Shown piece after piece: positions 62,985 through 64,000 of a stretch of 64,000 nucleotides of DNA (its first letter is position 1; each line of letters begins with the position of its first letter). The DNA is from the human T2T-CHM13v2.0 reference genome, Homo sapiens, in the NCBI RefSeq assembly GCF_009914755.1, contig NC_060925.1; one strand, 5' to 3'. A model generated the notes under the pieces. It saw only the letters and a list, made by a program, of their open reading frames with translations, was not told where the DNA came from and searched no databases. The position numbers and the translations under genes were made by a program.

Positions 62985-64000
62985 GACAGAATAATAGTGA
63001 CCACATTTACACTCCTGCCAGAAACCAAGAAACTGGACAAAATATGCAAAATGATTATTTTCAGTACCCTGAACATTAGTCAACAAAAGACAGTGATTCC
63101 TGAGAGATAGAGAACAAACAAAGTGAGACCTATGATTGCCCAGGTATACTCCTTTGGGAGAGTTCCTGGCTCTGGTTCAGGGAAAGCAAACCCAGGAAAA
63201 GCCTAGAATACTATCTGATGAGGAGACAGAGCTGAGAGTCCAGGGAAACTAAGGTAGCTAGGGTTTTCGGTAGAGAGTACCAGAAAGTCAACAACTGCAG
63301 AGGGAGAAAACTGAGATCTGCAGAGGGTCTCTCTCAAGTATTCTACAGGATACTGATCAGTGTGTGGGTGAGGGGAAACAATCTGAGACTGAGGAAAGAA
63401 CTACCCAAAAGGATTAGAGGAAACAGTACACGGCATTCACAGTGACTAGGAATAGTACCTAATCATACCAGCCAGGCTGGAAAACCTCACAATTCAGGGG
63501 GCATTGGGTAGAGTACTCCAAAAGATCTTCCTCAGTGTTTAGAAATAATGAGCCATAGTCTAAATATGACTCAGGTCCCACCTAACATATATTAAAAGCA
63601 ATACCTGAAAGGATCTAACTGTTTCCAAGTAACTTAATTGCATCCCTGAACAAAGCTCAAGAACATTTATAGAAATACAAAAATATCCAGCACACAAGGT
63701 AAAATTAACAATGTCTAGCATCCAGTAAAAAATTACAAAACATGAAAAGCAGGAAAATATTAACTAAAATAAGGGGGTAAATAAATAATCTGAAAATGAC
63801 ACAGAATTAATAGTGATGTTAAATTTAGCAGTCAAAGGCATTAAAATAGTTATTCCAAAAAATTAAGTAAAAACATGGATGATATAAAAGAGACCAAAAT
63901 AAAACTTACTTTAAGGATTAAAAATTACAATGTCTGAAATTTAAAAAAAAAACATTGAATGGGATTAACAACTGATTAGACATTGCAGAAGATGCATAAA
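62985..64000 (+). mobile_element. Second old L1 5' end and ORF1 start
   Basis: aaactggacaaaatatg...gacagtgattcctgagaga..., typical of an L1MC/MD 5' end. Confidence 0.6.

Overview
Primate, almost certainly human, gene-poor DNA dominated by transposable elements. I found no intact protein-coding gene. The long ORFs in the track trace to L1, MaLR, ERV, Alu or retrocopy sequence, and the short ones lack support. Four retrocopies are recognisable. These are ELOC (1-644, split by an Alu), CNOT7 (7462-10088, full-length with TSDs, inside an old L1), TSPAN12 (about 18420-20875, minus strand, split by an MST LTR and an Alu monomer, 5' part missing) and a 7SL RNA pseudogene (49556-50185, split by an Alu). 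A possible fifth retrocopy of unknown origin lies at about 53867-54569. Large elements are an L1MA-type LINE (3.7-12.7 kb), a full THE1 MaLR with TSDs (15635-17924), a full-length L1PA7-like element (21301-28085), a two-LTR MER61-like ERV1 with PBS, PPT and TSD (30281-36101), ERVL remnants, and a 5'-inverted L1PA3-like insertion (44972-46429). A strong CTCF motif sits at about 39092-39124. From memory only, and unverified, the ELOC/CNOT7/7SL pseudogene order resembles human 1p13 between NGF and VANGL1. I see no evidence of a new biological system. The best leads are the TSPAN12 retrocopy, selective CpG retention in the CNOT7 retrocopy 5' UTR, the unidentified retrocopy, an octamer cluster and the CTCF site. 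Repeat subfamily names were assigned by eye and are approximate.
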